NCBI GenBank assembly: GCA_025450235.1
Contig: JANWHX010000294.1
Coordinates: forward strand, 1-56,113
Length of the DNA: 56,113 nucleotides
From: Chitinophagaceae bacterium
GTDB lineage: Bacteria > Bacteroidota > Bacteroidia > Chitinophagales > Chitinophagaceae
Reading direction: 5' to 3'
A program made the translations under genes and the position numbers. Shown piece after piece: positions 45,020 through 56,018 of this stretch. The notes beneath the pieces are model-generated. The model did no database searches. It had not been told where the DNA came from and was given only the letters and a program-made list of their open reading frames with translations. Within the stretch, counting starts at the first letter, position 1; each line of letters starts with the position of its first letter.

Positions 45020-45532
45020 TCATTTCAAATCTGTCTCGACTTTTATATTCATTGGCATTAACGCTTTGTGTAGATATTCAAATCTAGCCTTGCTGCCTTT
45101 TGGAACTTGAACTTCATAAAAGTTTCGACCGCATATTAGTGGCCAATTATCTGAAAAATATTTATAATCGATAACTACAGGAATGATGTAAAACTTATCA
45201 TATTCATAGCAATGACTCGTGTCGGCACATTGCATTTTTTTTGCTTTAGCTTTTAATTGATTGCGATTATTAAGAAAATTAACTCTGATTCCGTTTTTGA
45301 AAACAATACTTATATTGCTATCCTCCAACATCCTTAAATTGAAGTAATTCACTGGATAAAAAAAATCATGAAAACCTACAGGTCTTGCATGAACTCCATC
45401 GTAATCATACAAATAATTATAACTTGACAAAAACAAAAAACCTTTTTGCTTCTTTACTAAAGTCGTGTCTTCTTGTGCAGAGCAAATCATTGAATTTAAC
45501 GTAACTAAGAGTATCGCAGCAAGTATTTTAAT
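45020..45532 (-). CDS. orphan immunity-like paralogue; canonical ATG replaced by ATT
   Basis: The track ORF starts at the internal Met (45490). The in-frame upstream codons encode IKILAAILLVTLNS-, which aligns with the signal peptide MKILVLAIACLSFS of the paralogue. The start position reads ATT and is preceded by a stop. Confidence 0.45.
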   Translation of the reverse strand: MKILAAILLVTLNSMICSAQEDTTLVKKQKGFLFLSSYNYLYDYDGVHARPVGFHDFFYPVNYFNLRMLEDSNISIVFKNGIRVNFLNNRNQLKAKAKKMQCADTSHCYEYDKFYIIPVVIDYKYFSDNWPLICGRNFYEVQVPKGSKARFEYLHKALMPMNIKVETDLK

Positions 45533-45795
45533 TTATCTATTTTTATTGTGATAGCTCTGGCTTTCAAAGCCGCCGTGTTTATCCGGACAAAGCAAATGTG
45601 AAAGAACACTTAGCACAATGGCGCCTTATCATAAAAATCCTAAAGTCGAATTTGTCTTATTGGAATTATAACAATAGAGAGAACCGAGAGTATCGGGAAA
45701 TTGAACAATATTCGCTGACCTCATACCGCCACCTCACTATCAAGCCCATCAAAAGGTAGAACATTGGCAATATCAGAACTCACCGCATTGAATTT

Positions 45796-46305
45796 CTATT
45801 TCTGCTTCTGAATTTTTATATTTATTGGAATTAATGCTTTATGAAGGTACTCAAATCTAAGCCTGCTACCACCAACTACTTGCAGCTCATAATAGTTTCG
45901 GTCGCATACATATGGCTCATAATCCTCGAACATTTTGTAATCCATTGTAACAGGAACGATATAAAAACTTGAGTATTGATAACATTGGCTACTATCTATA
46001 CAATTAATAGAAAAACTCTGAGTTTTTATCCCATACCTCCCATTGATAAATTTGATTCGAATACCATTCTTAAAGACAATATTCAAATTGCTGTCGAGGA
46101 TACACTTGACATCTAGACAGGAGGTTGGATAGTAAAAATCATGAAATCCTAAAGGTCTGATATGTGTTCCCTCAGAATCGTACTGATAATTATATTTTGT
46201 CAAGAATAAGAGGCCTTTTTGCTGCCTTCTCCTGATTGTATCAGTTTGAGAGTAAGAAATTGATGAAAAGCTCAAACATGCTATCGCCAAAACTAATATC
46301 TTCAT
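45796..46305 (-). CDS. cognate immunity-like protein with Sec signal peptide
   Basis: The ATG at 46305 (MKILVLAIACLSFSSISYSQ) lies 7 nt after the Rhs stop codon (46313-46315). The longer track ORF would overlap the Rhs 3' end. Confidence 0.6.
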   Translation of the reverse strand: MKILVLAIACLSFSSISYSQTDTIRRRQQKGLLFLTKYNYQYDSEGTHIRPLGFHDFYYPTSCLDVKCILDSNLNIVFKNGIRIKFINGRYGIKTQSFSINCIDSSQCYQYSSFYIVPVTMDYKMFEDYEPYVCDRNYYELQVVGGSRLRFEYLHKALIPINIKIQKQK

Positions 46306-46312
46306 GGCAATT

Positions 46313-49300
46313 TTATTTTTTAATTGTAATTCTTCGCGGCTGCCAACCCTGAGGAATATCCCCAGCAGCGGGAGCTGATCTTGTGGAGGCATCGATAATA
46401 CCTGCCACATTGATCGTATTCGAGTTCGTCCGAGACTCTGGCCGTAAATGAGCCTCACTTTTTATTAATTTAAAAATAGTATAATTTACAATATCATCAT
46501 AATGACTTTGATTTAGGTTATTTGAAGACGATCCCATTAAATCGTTCTTATATCCGACGTGAGCTATTGTTCTATGATCGCTCGGATTCTTAGGATCTTC
46601 GTACTCGCTATAACGATCAGTTAGTCCTAGCATATGGCCAACCTCATGCGTCCTGCCGACATAAGTTGTGCTCGGAATGATTGCCTTACTGTAGCTTCCC
46701 GATAGACTCCCTCTTCCCTCTTGAGTCTTCGACTTATCTACCTCCATTATATTCTCGTGGGCTTCCAAGTCCTCTTGCTTAATTTCATCTTTGCCCACTT
46801 TGGCCTCAGCACTTATATCAAATTTTAGAGTGTAAGTTACCTCTCCAATTTTTACAGTACCATCCTTAAAAACATCTTTAAGTTCCTTATTGACCGCTTC
46901 CATCAGAACATCTCGGGCATTTTGATTTCTAGGTAGATCTTTACCTTGATAATAAATTTTAGCTTTAACAGTTATAGTTTTTGTGTTTTCGTCTAAAGTG
47001 TAAACTGCATTTTGCCCGTCCGGATCAATAACGTTAGCAGGATTGTTTACTGCATAATTATAAGGAGAATATGTATTCCATTTATCAGCCTTTGGGTCCA
47101 GCGCATGCCATCGTCCGATCTGTGCATCATACATCCTTGCGCCATAATCCAACCATTCCAATCCAATCCCATCTGTAAATTCTTTATCTTGTTTTTCTTT
47201 GCCATTATACTCATTCTTATTATCCGGGTTTCCGAAGTTTAAAGCCTTCGAGCTAATTGCTGCCATTACTAACCCAAACGGATAATAATGCGTTTCTTCG
47301 GTTATGGGACCTCGCTCATGTTTCACCTGTAAATTATCAAAGTACACTAAGTTATTACTTTCATTGCTAACAAAGACGTATGCGTAGCCATTTTTAACAG
47401 CTTCTTTGGCGCTCCCGTCCACCCTTGTTATCGTTTGGCCGCTACCTTTTGTATCCACCTGTATGATTTCACTGTTTGTGCTGACAAATCTAAACTGTTC
47501 GTCAAAAAAAATAATTGTTACGTAGGCTTTAGGCATGGCGCCCCCGCTTCCTGCCTGCGGCGCGAGGAAATTCGTAAAGGGAGTTACGTTGTTTAAATTC
47601 GACGTTATTGTACTGCCGCTGCCGTGAACCGCGGTAGTTACACTGCTATTGTCAACCAGGCTGGTCAGCAAGGTTAATATTGAATTTAGGCCATTGGCGC
47701 CACTATTATCGGTCGCATCATTCTGGATGTAATAATTCACCTTTATATGGAGTTTGTCTTTGGCCATTACTTTTAGCAATTTTCCGACACCTATTCTCGT
47801 GGTACTGTTTCGCAAGAGTTGGACTGTATCCCCATTTGTTCCTTGCGAATAGAAAGATCCCGGCCTGCTTGTCCGTCCGACATATACGTTTTCGTAGAAG
47901 ACGTTTTCATTATTTACCGTCAGATTCTCCAATTTCGCCTCAGGATATATTGCTGTGTCCTTTTGCTCCGTCAATACCATTCTTATGTTGCCTAAGTGAT
48001 CTTTAATAAAGTAATCGTATTGCAGTGTCGCATTGGCAACATTAAACCTTATCCTTCCTTCTTCCATACCCATAAATTCCAGGGTGTCGTTACGGTACAC
48101 GGACCCGCACATATAGAGCGTAGTAGTCACCAGGCTTCCTTCTGTCGTTACTTTCTTCAGTTTACTGCCTGATGCATCATACATGTATTTTATATTTCCT
48201 TTACCCGTCACCGTTATACTGTCAGGCAGGTTCAGGTGGTTATAACGGATATGGCCGATCGCCTTATTATTGTCGATATACATATTACCGTTGCCATCAT
48301 AACTATAATCATTATTACTCCCATTGGAACCGTCATAAAAATCACCCAGCTGATTGTTTGAGCTGATGCCGTCCACTACCTTTAACAACCGATTACTATT
48401 GGCAATGAAAGTATATGCCATGCTGTCAATTGTTGTAGGAGCGGTCAGTTTCCAACCTCGTTGTTTCATGGTCATGATATTGCCATTGACGTCATAGCTT
48501 AAACTACTTACACTGAAATCAATACCGGCATTTTTACTAAAGCTGTTGTTAGTTAGCTGGTTAAAGTCTGCTCCGGTAAGGCGATTGGCCGCGTCGTAAG
48601 TAAAATCATATTTCCTTAACTGATCATCACCGGTGGATTTCCACAGCAATCCTTCTATATTACCATTGTATTGAGCGGTTGAATACGATTTATTGCTCCC
48701 ATTTACAATAAAATTTGTCTTTTCGTAACCCAGGTCATATCCAAATAGATTAGATGAGCTGGTCGTATCTTTGACGTAACTGCGGTTCATCCCAAGCAAC
48801 CATCCACGAATGTTATATTCATAAGCCATAGAATCCAACGGAACACCTCCTAATTTCTTCTTCTTTAGCTGGCTTATCGCATCGTACTCATTTTGACAAA
48901 TAGTTGTCCAGCCGCCGGGCATGCTGCCACCGCTTACCACGGTATTGCTCGCTCTTTTCTCAATCTTCGTTAGTCTGCCAAGATCATCATAAGTGAATTT
49001 CGTCAGCGCAATTGTCGTTTGCGAATTTGTTCCACCTTTTACGTGCTTTTTGATATTTAAAAGCACCTGGCCCGACCAGGAATATTGGGTGCTTATTATA
49101 TCTGTATTGCCACTTAGGTTTTGTCCTTGCACCTGTATTGCTCTTGAATTTTCATCAAAAAAGGTAACTAAATACAGATAGTTTGATGTACCCAATACTT
49201 TTGTTTTTGTGCCTGTCGCCAGACCCAATAACCTCGTTGTTTGTCCCGTTGCGTCCTGAGGATATGGCCATACCGTATTAGAGGTGCTTTGTAAATAGCT

Positions 49301-50626
49301 GTCATTACTGTTATCTCTGGCTGAAGATAAAGGATTGCCTTCGGAACTTCTCCAGGCATAACTATCATAAAACATTTGAGAAAGTATTTCGTTTGTATAA
49401 CTGCCCAACGCCGGATAATCAATACTGCCTTCTGCAAGGCCGCGATGGTAGGAAGCGCTACTGTAATGAGCGTCATCAGTTATCCAACCCATTGAATCGG
49501 GCCGATTCAGATCATCATACTTTGTGTACAACCATTTGTGTGCTGCCCTTAGTAATGAATCCTGTGACATCACCAACCGGTCTCTGGCGTCATAAATCAT
49601 ATAAACTGTTCCGGCGCCTGGCACTTTCTTCATGATTATTCGGCGCTGGCTATCATACTCGTAACGAAAACATTGCTCATTAAGCAATACTCCACTGGAG
49701 TAACTTAGATCCCAACCCGTGATTGCCAATACTCCAACGCCTTTTGGTTGGATAACACATCTCAGCTGGCCAAGATCATCATAAATGTAGTAAGTGCAAA
49801 GCCAGCCAGTATGGTTTTTTCCGGCTCCCGCATCACTGCTGTCTGAAACCAGTTGCACTTTCTTCAATATTACCCTGCCTTCCTTGTCTGTAAATTCTAT
49901 ACTCTGTTTATTGTGTTCATCAGCCGTTACATTCTTGTACAGTTGCCCTGCTTCATATATAGACGAGGTAGCGTAGCTACCAAAGTTATTCGTTACGTCT
50001 GTCACGTTCCATACTCTTACACTGTCTGCTGTTTTGTTGGTCCATGATTTCGTTTTCACACTACGCCTATTGGCTTCATTTGTTTCTCCGGATGTACCCA
50101 CCCAGCTATTGCCTTGGGAGAAGCGTTCCAACACACGATTTACTGGCGACCCTTCAAAAACCACCTTGCCGTAGTAATATGTTTCATCGCTAAATATTGC
50201 TTTATTAAAAGTCGAATCTTGCTGGAATGGATTGAGTTTAAACAAACCATCACTCATCGACGTATTGCTTCCCGTATTATTGGCAGCAAACGGTAAATAT
50301 TGATATACCTCTCTGCCAAACTCGTCATAGACAACAGGCATCACAAAGTCTCTCGCAGTATCACCAGTTATCAATGATCCTTTTTTAACTACGGTTTGCA
50401 AAGGTTGACCGAGACCATCAAGATACTTTGTAATCTGTTTAACATCCTTCAAAAATCTTGTCAATAACGTGTCGGGATGGTCAATTGGCGCCGTCGCGTC
50501 CCAGGTTCTGACATAGTTTATTTTGACATTGGTGTTGTAAGCAACTGGGGCAATTTGCTGTGCTTCAATTATATTTACAACTAATGTTGCCAACAACGCA
50601 AGGAATATTTTTAAATTGCAGTTCAT
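46313..50626 (-). CDS. Rhs/YD-repeat polymorphic toxin with Sec signal peptide and C-terminal zinc-metallopeptidase-like tip
   Basis: Many YD repeats (YDDLGRL, YDAANRL, YDVNGN, YDGNGN...). The core has DHLGNIRMV ... [18 protein letters not shown] ... NVIDPDGQN (DPxG at 47009-47026). The 231-aa tail carries [11 protein letters not shown] (46616-46648). The start at Met20 ([24 protein letters not shown]) gives a signal peptide. Confidence 0.9.
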   Translation of the reverse strand: MNCNLKIFLALLATLVVNIIEAQQIAPVAYNTNVKINYVRTWDATAPIDHPDTLLTRFLKDVKQITKYLDGLGQPLQTVVKKGSLITGDTARDFVMPVVYDEFGREVYQYLPFAANNTGSNTSMSDGLFKLNPFQQDSTFNKAIFSDETYYYGKVVFEGSPVNRVLERFSQGNSWVGTSGETNEANRRSVKTKSWTNKTADSVRVWNVTDVTNNFGSYATSSIYEAGQLYKNVTADEHNKQSIEFTDKEGRVILKKVQLVSDSSDAGAGKNHTGWLCTYYIYDDLGQLRCVIQPKGVGVLAITGWDLSYSSGVLLNEQCFRYEYDSQRRIIMKKVPGAGTVYMIYDARDRLVMSQDSLLRAAHKWLYTKYDDLNRPDSMGWITDDAHYSSASYHRGLAEGSIDYPALGSYTNEILSQMFYDSYAWRSSEGNPLSSARDNSNDSYLQSTSNTVWPYPQDATGQTTRLLGLATGTKTKVLGTSNYLYLVTFFDENSRAIQVQGQNLSGNTDIISTQYSWSGQVLLNIKKHVKGGTNSQTTIALTKFTYDDLGRLTKIEKRASNTVVSGGSMPGGWTTICQNEYDAISQLKKKKLGGVPLDSMAYEYNIRGWLLGMNRSYVKDTTSSSNLFGYDLGYEKTNFIVNGSNKSYSTAQYNGNIEGLLWKSTGDDQLRKYDFTYDAANRLTGADFNQLTNNSFSKNAGIDFSVSSLSYDVNGNIMTMKQRGWKLTAPTTIDSMAYTFIANSNRLLKVVDGISSNNQLGDFYDGSNGSNNDYSYDGNGNMYIDNNKAIGHIRYNHLNLPDSITVTGKGNIKYMYDASGSKLKKVTTEGSLVTTTLYMCGSVYRNDTLEFMGMEEGRIRFNVANATLQYDYFIKDHLGNIRMVLTEQKDTAIYPEAKLENLTVNNENVFYENVYVGRTSRPGSFYSQGTNGDTVQLLRNSTTRIGVGKLLKVMAKDKLHIKVNYYIQNDATDNSGANGLNSILTLLTSLVDNSSVTTAVHGSGSTITSNLNNVTPFTNFLAPQAGSGGAMPKAYVTIIFFDEQFRFVSTNSEIIQVDTKGSGQTITRVDGSAKEAVKNGYAYVFVSNESNNLVYFDNLQVKHERGPITEETHYYPFGLVMAAISSKALNFGNPDNKNEYNGKEKQDKEFTDGIGLEWLDYGARMYDAQIGRWHALDPKADKWNTYSPYNYAVNNPANVIDPDGQNAVYTLDENTKTITVKAKIYYQGKDLPRNQNARDVLMEAVNKELKDVFKDGTVKIGEVTYTLKFDISAEAKVGKDEIKQEDLEAHENIMEVDKSKTQEGRGSLSGSYSKAIIPSTTYVGRTHEVGHMLGLTDRYSEYEDPKNPSDHRTIAHVGYKNDLMGSSSNNLNQSHYDDIVNYTIFKLIKSEAHLRPESRTNSNTINVAGIIDASTRSAPAAGDIPQGWQPRRITIKK

Positions 50627-50645
50627 CAGATAAAGAATTTGAAGG

Positions 50646-53600
50646 TTATTGTTGATAGCTGGCCTGGTATCTATAATCCACACGCTTTATTATCTTCTTA
50701 TCTTCATCTTTTATCAATTTCAAGCGACCAAAACTGTCGTACTCATAATAAGTGATTCTGTTATTAGCATCGCACTGGGTGCTTGTTCCAATCAGGGGAA
50801 TATAGGTATAGGAGATCATTAATGCACCCTTCGGATAAAGTCGCATCTCATCAATATAGGCTGTGCCGGCGATTGTTAAACTTGTTGTCCCCGAAATTTC
50901 GTGTGAGTACAATTTCCAGCCATTCTTTGTCACGAGGACGGTGCCATTCCCGCTATTCACCGTAACAGTACTCGAACTATCTCTCTTCCAGTACGTGATG
51001 TTATACGTAGTCCCGGCAGTAAGTCCGGACTTTGTAATGTTCCCTCCCGCAAGACTGTACCCCTTTGTCCCGGTAGGTGCTGAAGGATGGGTTGTTGTTG
51101 AGCCGGAAAATGACCAGTTTCCCTTGCCGTCGGCTTCAAAAGAGGTAAATGCTATCGATGCGCTGTCAGCGTTCGTCACTTGGGCAATGGGATAGGCCTG
51201 CTGATAGTCCCAGACATAAGACAATTTAATATCATTCTCTTTCGAAACAGTAAGAACGTTTCTCTTGTTGTCGTAAGATGAAAAGCGCAACTTCGTTTGT
51301 AAACTGTTATTTAAGACACGTTGCTCTACTGTAGCAGGTGCAATGAACGAATTTCCCTGCCAAAATTGATAATTTGTTTTTGTCTTTGATAATTCTCTAT
51401 TGAGCGTAATATTTTTTTGTGATTGCTCAATCACCGCCGTAATCATATTTCGCGAGATCATATCGGTATAAGGTGATGTGCCTGAAAAATCATGAGGATA
51501 CTTATTAGTCGTGGATATGGAATCTCCCTTCGAATTCTTCTGCTTGACAAGCGTAGGTTGCATATGAGCCAAATTACCATAGGCAAACGATTGAGCGATA
51601 GTCAAAGAGTCCCCGGTATCGGTGTATGTTTTTGTTATGCTGGTATCGAGATGCATCCAGTTAGAATAAATGAAATACTTGTTTACATCATAATGAATAA
51701 AATATTTAATCCAATTAAAATTAAGCATAGGTGTTAGCGTGCGCCTGATCGAATAGAGCGTGTCCTTAAATGACCACCTCGAATCTATGGAATAGATATT
51801 TTTTGTCCTGCTCGCAATAAGTTTTGTCGTCGGGTTACTCATTTTGAAGACTGTCGTTTCCAGTTCGGCTCCATTATGTAAATCGGTATTTGTCCAAGGT
51901 CCACCTGGCACAGTTATCTTTGCATACGTTGAGTCGGTGAAGTTTGCCGGCCAACCATATATGATATCTTGCTCTCCAAGGTATTGCGGTTTCGTCTTCC
52001 CATTTATTAAGAATTTGTGTTCAATACCACCCGTCACATTGTCTGATTTATCCCTAAATTCTTCCGTAACATTGGTGTACTGTGGATTACCCATTCCATT
52101 CATATATAGAGGAAACTGAGAACTGGAAAACAGCTGCATAAGAGTATAGACATAAAACTGTCCGTCGCTTATCACTTTAGTTCCCCGATATGCCTGATAA
52201 AACAAGTCCTCGCTGTTTGGATTGAGTAACGACGGCAGTAAATTAGCGGTAGCAACAAGCTTATACTGAAAGGTTCTTTTATTTTGTACTTTACCAAGTC
52301 CATCATTATCATATAGGCTTTTTACCCTCAGGCCCCCAGCGGGAGTAAGTGGCTGAACACTGCTCGGCAAAAATCTGAATATTCTTATAGTAAAGTCAAC
52401 TTCGGGCGGGTAGGTAGACTGGACAGTAACCGTGTAGGTATCCTGATTGGCGATGTACATATGTGGCAAAAAGTAAGGAGCCCAGACACTGCCTATATAA
52501 CTATAGATCGTTTCGTTGCTGCTGTTTTTAATCGTAACATAAATGTTCATATCCGGCTCTGGCTCCTGCGGCTCATTTTCGCCTGGGGGCTCGTATGGGT
52601 CTGCAGAGGGCACGATAGAGAATTTTGAAACGCCCGGGTAGAGAGTAAAGGATGATGTAGTGTATAAATTATTCGACGGATTAACACTATTACTAAAATT
52701 GAGTGTGTCAAAGATCGGTTTCCAACTTAGAAATGAATCAGCCGGTTCGTAGGTATAATCTGTATATCCACCCGTTGGATATGTAATCTTTTTCAATATT
52801 CCTTTTTGACAACTCTCAAAGTGGCCCCGTCGGTCCGCGCCAAACTCAAAGCCGCCCCACAGATACATTCCCCCCGGCGTCCATGCAGGGAAGAAGTTCA
52901 GATCCTGGCCCGATATCCCGTTGTAATAACCCCAATAGTCCTGCGCATAACTTAATCTTGGTGCAAGAGAATTGAAGTCATTATACTCAAATTTATATGA
53001 TAGCGTATCCGGTCCCATATAATCATTGACCGAAGTAAGAAATAGCCTTTTACGTAACTCCGGGTACAGTGCCTGAATTGTAGAGCCTGACCAAACGTAC
53101 TGTTTGCTATCATATGCGGTGCTGGAATTATACGAATATTGATATCCAAATTTGTATTTTTTGACTACTAGAGAATCGGTGTTTTGAATATGCAAACTGT
53201 CCAATTTCTTTTCACCGTCGATATCATCCCTCGAAGAATAGAACAATTTCACTTTGCCGCCAGGGAATTTAATCTCTTTCAATACTCTACCTGCATACAC
53301 GGTAAGCTGGTAACAGGTTTTATATGGATATTCCGAATAAGAAAATTCCAAATAATTGAATAAATAAAGCGGCTTGAAAGAATAGGTTTGATTCACACCG
53401 GTGAGGTAAGTTGCACTAACTCCCTCATATTCATAATTTATTGTCTGGCCGTTTGTAAGGCGTATAGTACTTAGATACCAGGCTGTTTGGGGCGCACTGG
53501 ACCCAAATTCCGATATACATTCGCCACCACCGCCGCCGGGAAGCGAAGTATTTTCTGCCACGTCACCCCCGTTTGGACCGAAAATAAAAATGTTGCCATC

Positions 53601-54194
53601 CGGCGTGACAATGCGAAAACTGTCAATTTCGCCATAGAGAGTTATTTGCAAATTATTATATGGCAACTGGATAATGTTCCAGTTTTTATCTAGAACAAAC
53701 GATCCCGAGTATCCCGGAATAGAGTAATTAAACATATCCGGATGAGCTTCCTCCCATACACCACCGGCTCCCGCTATTTCAAGGAAATCATAAAAGCCCC
53801 AGCTTGCCGTATCATGAGTTGAGGGCCGGCAACTTTCCTGATCAGTTTCATCAGGATTGCCAATAATCGTTCTGTTGATTACACCTGCAAAGTCCATTTT
53901 CCATTGCATGCCTACACGGCTCGCGACTTCATCTACTCTCAGACCATTGGAACTATAACTTAGAGAGATCGGGATTGTGATCCCGTTAAGTTTTAAATTA
54001 TAGAGAGGTACACTGTAAGAAACCGTGCCGCTAAACAGGCCAATCGGATTGTTACCAAATTTCCCAATTGCAAATGCCTCGGGCGTGGGAGGAATTACAG
54101 TTGGAAGAACATTGACGTCAGCAGGCGATTCTTGCCCAAAGATTCCCCTGACTGTAAAAAGCAACGCGAATAAAATTAAAAGTGATCGTTTCAT
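50646..54194 (-). CDS. large secreted protein with SpvB/TcB-like N-terminal motif and terminal YD-like repeat
   Basis: Signal peptide. [33 protein letters not shown]...VGMQWKMDF resembles the SpvB-domain pattern (G.aslSlPl...g.g..P.LsL.YnSg.gn...G.GW). The C-terminus reads ...[17 protein letters not shown]. Confidence 0.55.
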   Translation of the reverse strand: MKRSLLILFALLFTVRGIFGQESPADVNVLPTVIPPTPEAFAIGKFGNNPIGLFSGTVSYSVPLYNLKLNGITIPISLSYSSNGLRVDEVASRVGMQWKMDFAGVINRTIIGNPDETDQESCRPSTHDTASWGFYDFLEIAGAGGVWEEAHPDMFNYSIPGYSGSFVLDKNWNIIQLPYNNLQITLYGEIDSFRIVTPDGNIFIFGPNGGDVAENTSLPGGGGGECISEFGSSAPQTAWYLSTIRLTNGQTINYEYEGVSATYLTGVNQTYSFKPLYLFNYLEFSYSEYPYKTCYQLTVYAGRVLKEIKFPGGKVKLFYSSRDDIDGEKKLDSLHIQNTDSLVVKKYKFGYQYSYNSSTAYDSKQYVWSGSTIQALYPELRKRLFLTSVNDYMGPDTLSYKFEYNDFNSLAPRLSYAQDYWGYYNGISGQDLNFFPAWTPGGMYLWGGFEFGADRRGHFESCQKGILKKITYPTGGYTDYTYEPADSFLSWKPIFDTLNFSNSVNPSNNLYTTSSFTLYPGVSKFSIVPSADPYEPPGENEPQEPEPDMNIYVTIKNSSNETIYSYIGSVWAPYFLPHMYIANQDTYTVTVQSTYPPEVDFTIRIFRFLPSSVQPLTPAGGLRVKSLYDNDGLGKVQNKRTFQYKLVATANLLPSLLNPNSEDLFYQAYRGTKVISDGQFYVYTLMQLFSSSQFPLYMNGMGNPQYTNVTEEFRDKSDNVTGGIEHKFLINGKTKPQYLGEQDIIYGWPANFTDSTYAKITVPGGPWTNTDLHNGAELETTVFKMSNPTTKLIASRTKNIYSIDSRWSFKDTLYSIRRTLTPMLNFNWIKYFIHYDVNKYFIYSNWMHLDTSITKTYTDTGDSLTIAQSFAYGNLAHMQPTLVKQKNSKGDSISTTNKYPHDFSGTSPYTDMISRNMITAVIEQSQKNITLNRELSKTKTNYQFWQGNSFIAPATVEQRVLNNSLQTKLRFSSYDNKRNVLTVSKENDIKLSYVWDYQQAYPIAQVTNADSASIAFTSFEADGKGNWSFSGSTTTHPSAPTGTKGYSLAGGNITKSGLTAGTTYNITYWKRDSSSTVTVNSGNGTVLVTKNGWKLYSHEISGTTSLTIAGTAYIDEMRLYPKGALMISYTYIPLIGTSTQCDANNRITYYEYDSFGRLKLIKDEDKKIIKRVDYRYQASYQQ

Positions 54195-54225
54195 TTTACA
54201 TCATATTATTGGTTCAATGGCAATT

Positions 54226-54579
54226 TTACTGGGTGGATGTGGTTGGTCTCATTTTCCTTGTGATCATCTGTACATACCTTTCATAGACTTCAGTGCCTAA
54301 GATTGTTTTAAGGCGGCTATTCGCTTGAATTCTCAGGGCCTGTACCTGGTCGCTCTGCTGGACTCTTGTTAGGGTGGAATTTAAACGAACATCGCGTACC
54401 GCTGCATTGTAATCATTTTTCTCAGTTAAGAATTCTGCGATGACGCTGTCACTTAGCTGCAGCGAATCGCGCATCATTTTCTTTTGAACTGAATCAAGTT
54501 GATTTGATAATGTACTCCCTTGGCTAAAACACGAAGCCGACAAAAAGAAAAGTGCTACGTTTAGAATTACTGTTTTCAT
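54226..54579 (-). CDS. small secreted helical protein
   Basis: Signal peptide MKTVILNVALFFLSASCFSQ. The 117-aa protein is helical with L-x-x-Q-like repeats, possibly Spy/CpxP-like (unverified). Confidence 0.45.
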   Translation of the reverse strand: MKTVILNVALFFLSASCFSQGSTLSNQLDSVQKKMMRDSLQLSDSVIAEFLTEKNDYNAAVRDVRLNSTLTRVQQSDQVQALRIQANSRLKTILGTEVYERYVQMITRKMRPTTSTQ

Positions 54580-54590
54580 TTAGCATTTTT

Positions 54591-56018
54591 TTAAAAATTA
54601 TAGCCAACTCTAAAAATTACCGGCTGAGTCCTCGGCACTTGCTGATAACTCAAAAAATCCCAGAGCAACTGCAACTTTGTCTTCTTAAAGAATTTACTTT
54701 TTACATTTAAAACCTTACTGGCTCCCAATAGGCCGCTTTGTTGCCAGGCGGAACGGTCCTGAAGTATACTAAGACTATTGAAAGCAGTTCTATAATTCAT
54801 TTCATAACCACCACTTATCCAAAAGCCACCTTTCAACTTCCAGTCTATGTAACTTCTGAGTCCGGCACCTTCATTGGTAAATTTTATATGATTCCATCCC
54901 TGGCCCCATCCCAGCTTGTAACTAGCGCCGATACCAATGATTGATTTATTATTCAGTTTATAGCCTAAAGACAAACCAACGTCACTTATTACAGGAAAGA
55001 AATTGGTGGCCTTCTGCGTTTGAATGTTGGCACCGTACTCGAGTCGCTTCCAAAAGCTTTTTGTTTTCTGATCGTTTGGTTTAAATCCTTCGGGCATGAC
55101 GTCATCACTGCTGCCCCCATCGAATTGACTTATTTTATTTTTTAACTTATCTATTTCTGATTGGGCGCTCTGCATGTTTTGACGAAATTGGTCCATCGCG
55201 CCGGGGCCGCCGGATGCGATTTGTTGCTGAATGAGCGTATTTACCTGCACCCTTGTTTGCAAACCTGCAAGATTGGCCAGTGTCGCAGGATCATTCGGGT
55301 CACTTGGAAAACGAAACAAGGACGCAATCATGCTGTTCTTCCGCATGAAGTCCTGGAACAGTTTTGTCTTACTTAATAACTCAATCGCCTTGCGCTCTGC
55401 TTTCCGCGAATCTTTGAGTAGTTCTCTATATTCTTTTATCTGTGCAGAGTAGTAGTAAACCTCTTTATTGAATTTCTTTAGTTCTTTCACCAGTCCAAGA
55501 TTTTCCAATTGAACTTTCAATTGCTGTCTTCTTTCCCGGATAAACTTTTTTATCTCTTCAGCTTGCTGAAACTTTCCCTGAAGCAATTCAGTTTTAGCGA
55601 GGGCGTCTTGTACTTTTCCAGTAATACCATTCTGTTCAAGAAATTTTAATGATGTAGTCAGCGTATCAAGCTTGGGGATGTACTGTTTGGCAGCGCCGGG
55701 AATCGGAGGATTTTCTATTTTATTCTTGAGAGATTTGTATTTATTCTTGATATCGCCCAGTGCTATCTTTGCCTGCAATGAATCCTTTGTGGCAAGCATC
55801 CGGCGATATATTTTTTCCTCATGCTTCTGTAGTTTGCCGAGTGTCTTCAGAGAACTGGCTATGATCTTTTCCTGTAGTTGCTCAGCTTTTCTTTCGATGG
55901 AAGCCGACCATTTTTCGGGATCAATTTTGTCTAAGAGCGAATCAAGTCTATACTGTGAAAAGGAAAAAACTCCGGTGAGTAGGAATACAATAATCAGCAG
56001 AATTCTCAGTGTGGTCAA
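54591..56018 (-). CDS. secreted protein: long coiled-coil N-region plus C-terminal small beta-barrel (outer-membrane-protein-like)
   Basis: Signal peptide. About 330 aa are heptad-rich and K/E/Q-rich. The last ~140 aa have alternating hydrophobic beta-strand patterns and a terminal ...FRVGYNF (C-terminal Phe, as in OM barrels). Confidence 0.5.
   Translation of the reverse strand: MTTLRILLIIVFLLTGVFSFSQYRLDSLLDKIDPEKWSASIERKAEQLQEKIIASSLKTLGKLQKHEEKIYRRMLATKDSLQAKIALGDIKNKYKSLKNKIENPPIPGAAKQYIPKLDTLTTSLKFLEQNGITGKVQDALAKTELLQGKFQQAEEIKKFIRERRQQLKVQLENLGLVKELKKFNKEVYYYSAQIKEYRELLKDSRKAERKAIELLSKTKLFQDFMRKNSMIASLFRFPSDPNDPATLANLAGLQTRVQVNTLIQQQIASGGPGAMDQFRQNMQSAQSEIDKLKNKISQFDGGSSDDVMPEGFKPNDQKTKSFWKRLEYGANIQTQKATNFFPVISDVGLSLGYKLNNKSIIGIGASYKLGWGQGWNHIKFTNEGAGLRSYIDWKLKGGFWISGGYEMNYRTAFNSLSILQDRSAWQQSGLLGASKVLNVKSKFFKKTKLQLLWDFLSYQQVPRTQPVIFRVGYNF

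Noticed and set aside
45533-45795. Orphan Rhs toxin tip between the two immunity-like genes
   Set aside because: I translated all minus-strand frames by eye and found only short interrupted peptides with no Rhs core or toxin-like motif.
46306-46458. 51-codon N-terminal extension of the immunity ORF
   Set aside because: It overlaps the Rhs 3' end in another frame and has no signal-like sequence. The internal ATG at 46305 yields a signal peptide 7 nt after the Rhs stop codon.
50627-50683. Longer Rhs start overlapping the upstream gene
   Set aside because: Met20 (50626) gives a canonical signal peptide and removes the 38-nt overlap.
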